Shown: positions 62,050 through 64,000 of the stretch, piece after piece | Layout of the letters: every line of letters begins with the position of its first letter | Numbering within the stretch: position 1 is the stretch's first letter | DNA from: Aplysia californica | Lineage: Eukaryota | Direction: 5' to 3' | Assembly (NCBI RefSeq): GCF_000002075.1 | Contig: NW_004797300.1 | Location: forward strand, 2,240,222-2,304,221 | DNA: 64,000 nucleotides | The notes under the pieces: generated by a model | What the model saw: the letters and a program-made list of their open reading frames with translations, nothing else | Database searches by the model: none | What the model was told of the DNA's origin: nothing | Made by a program: the position numbers and the translations under genes

Positions 62050-62938
62050 CTGGAGAAAGGACAAGAAAAAAAAAGATAAGATTCGAAAAAGTCTAGGTGT
62101 CAAATAGCAAATTTAAAAAAGCCCAAAAACCCAACAACAACAAAGAAGGAAAAGAATTTCCACAAGCAAAATGTTCATAAAGGAAAAGAAAAGGTAATCG
62201 ACAAACTGTATGTTCTGTCCATCCACCTCCTTAACAATAACTAGATCCCGTCTGCTGGGACGTTTCAGTAACCCACTTTCAGCACTTTTTAAGGACCCCC
62301 GGGCGAGTGTTGAGTTCCTGCGTGCTGTCGGCATCGCTGGCCGTTNNNNNNNNNNNNNNNNNNNNNNNNNNNNNNNNNNNNNNNNNNNNNNNNNNNNNNN
62401 NNNNNNNNNNNNNNNNNNNNNNNNNNNNNNNNNNNNNNNNNNNNNNNNNNNNNNNNNNNNNNNNNNNNNNNNNNNNNNNNNNNNNNNNNNNNNNNNNNNN
62501 NNNNNNNNNNNNNNNNNNNNNNNNNNNNNNNTTCAAATAAATTTGTACACGGAAAAAATACGAATAAATTTCAACATCCTCAGTATTTCGCAAAGTCTAG
62601 AGAAAGAGAACAAAGGTCAATTCTATCCAAGCATCTTTTGAATCAGCAATCTCTTGTAGGTTCCCAGTCTCAAAGAGTTAATCCACCGCGTCATAAATGC
62701 CAAATACAGTTGCAATTATCAATACCGGCCACCCATTGTCAAGAAAAGTGTAGGTTATAGACAGGTGGAGGTGTCATTACAATAAAGAGAAAACAAGCAG
62801 GAGGGGGGGGGGCGGCGGGGGAGGGAGATTTGGTTCTTTGTACTGGAGGTAATATTGTCGTTGTCAGGAGGAAGAGCAGGTTCATTTAGTTTTGGTAAGA
62901 GTTGAATGGCACTTGCAACATTATAAGGTCATATAGTG

Positions 62939-63283
62939 ACGTCGGTGGCCTAGTGGTTAGGCTCTCGGACTCACAACCGTAAGGTCGTGGGTTCGAATCC
63001 TGTCAGGGACCTGACGTTGTGTCCTTGGGAAAGGCACTTTACACGAATTTTCCTCACTTCACCCAGGTGGGAATGGGTATCCAGCTATAGACAGTGAAAG
63101 ATCTTGTGAGTTTGTTAGTGTTTGAGCGCGCGAAATCCGCAGCTTGCACTGTATACTTCCGGGGAAGCTGAGAATGTTTCGGAGTGTTCTATGGTCTGCT
63201 GGGGTAATAATATAGTGTAAAGCGCATAGAGCTTGCTTTCGAGTGGGGTTATGCGCTATACAAATGCTATCTATTATTATCTA
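62939..63283 (+). mobile_element. tRNA-derived SINE (family D) inserted into a family-A SINE
   Basis: Family-A halves at about 62888-62935 and 63285-63421. Confidence 0.88.
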
Positions 63284-63479
63284 TCATATAAATGCAAAAG
63301 ATAAGACAGGTAACACTAGAGTAAAATACAAAAAGAAAAAGGAGGAGAAGCTATAAGGATAATAGATGTTTGATTGATAGGAAAGAAGAAGTAAAACCAT
63401 ACCAGAGCACCCGCCAACCACCTGAAGAGGAAGTATGACAGTACACATAAATAGAAACAAAAAGACATCACAAACTAAC

Positions 63480-63593
63480 CAGCTCCTCTCGTCGGGTTAA
63501 AGACCTCTTAGCATTGACCAGGGATTCATTGAGGGTCTCGTACTCTGCTTCTGTAAACGTTCTTTGGGCTATAGTGAGTGTCCTCAGGCCCAG
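63480..63593 (-). CDS. ATP11: ATP11-type P4-ATPase exon (nucleotide-binding region)
   Basis: LGLRTLTIAQRTFTEAEYETLNESLVNAKRSLTRREEL with the GLRTL motif; AG/GT boundaries. The gene continues beyond the right edge. Confidence 0.92.
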
Positions 63594-64000
63594 CTGGAGA
63601 GAAGAGGAGAAACAAAACGGTGGAAAGGGATGGTGGAAAGGGATGGTAAAGAGGCAAAATGATTAAGGTTGGTGGGGCAATGTGGATGGGGGTGGGGGGT
63701 GGGGGGAAAAAGAAGATGGTTGATGTTAAAGAGTAAAAGGAAATAATGAATAAGTCAAAGGATTGTTAATCTTTGATTGTAAAAGGAAGTATAGGACAAG
63801 TTATAGGAACAATTATTATTGATGTCTCATGTCCCCATCAACACAATTTACATCATTTAAGGGATATGAAGGCCAAAGGAAAAACTTATCCACTTTGAGC
63901 CCTCGTATCGAAAAAGGGCTTGAAAATACTTTCCTCCCATCCCCAAAGAAAAAACACAAACCCCCTGGAAACAAACACACCCGAAACCCCATCAAAAACA

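Overview
Eukaryotic (animal) genomic DNA: intron-rich, repeat-rich, with several N gaps. The repeat style suggests an invertebrate such as a gastropod mollusc, but that is inference only. Two protein-coding genes lie on the minus strand. (1) A complete ribosomal protein L8 (RPL8/uL2) gene: six coding exons between 15706 and 7103 splice to 257 aa, plus a probable short 5'TOP first exon near 17150-17177. Its introns host two U19/SNORA74-type H/ACA snoRNAs and two identical U37-type C/D snoRNAs. (2) The 3' half of an ATP11-type P4-ATPase (phospholipid flippase), running from the right edge to about 31600, with several candidate alternative C-terminal exons, duplicated exon fragments, and one expected exon that probably falls in an assembly gap. 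The rest is SINEs (several families, three sharing one 3' tail), 5'-truncated LINEs (RTE, L2-like, I-group), MITEs with clear TIRs/TSDs, a decayed KRBA2/Ginger-like integrase, minisatellites and a ~2.7 kb near-identical duplication. There are no prokaryotic features or CRISPR arrays. I found no unambiguous new biological system; the best leads are listed under findings.
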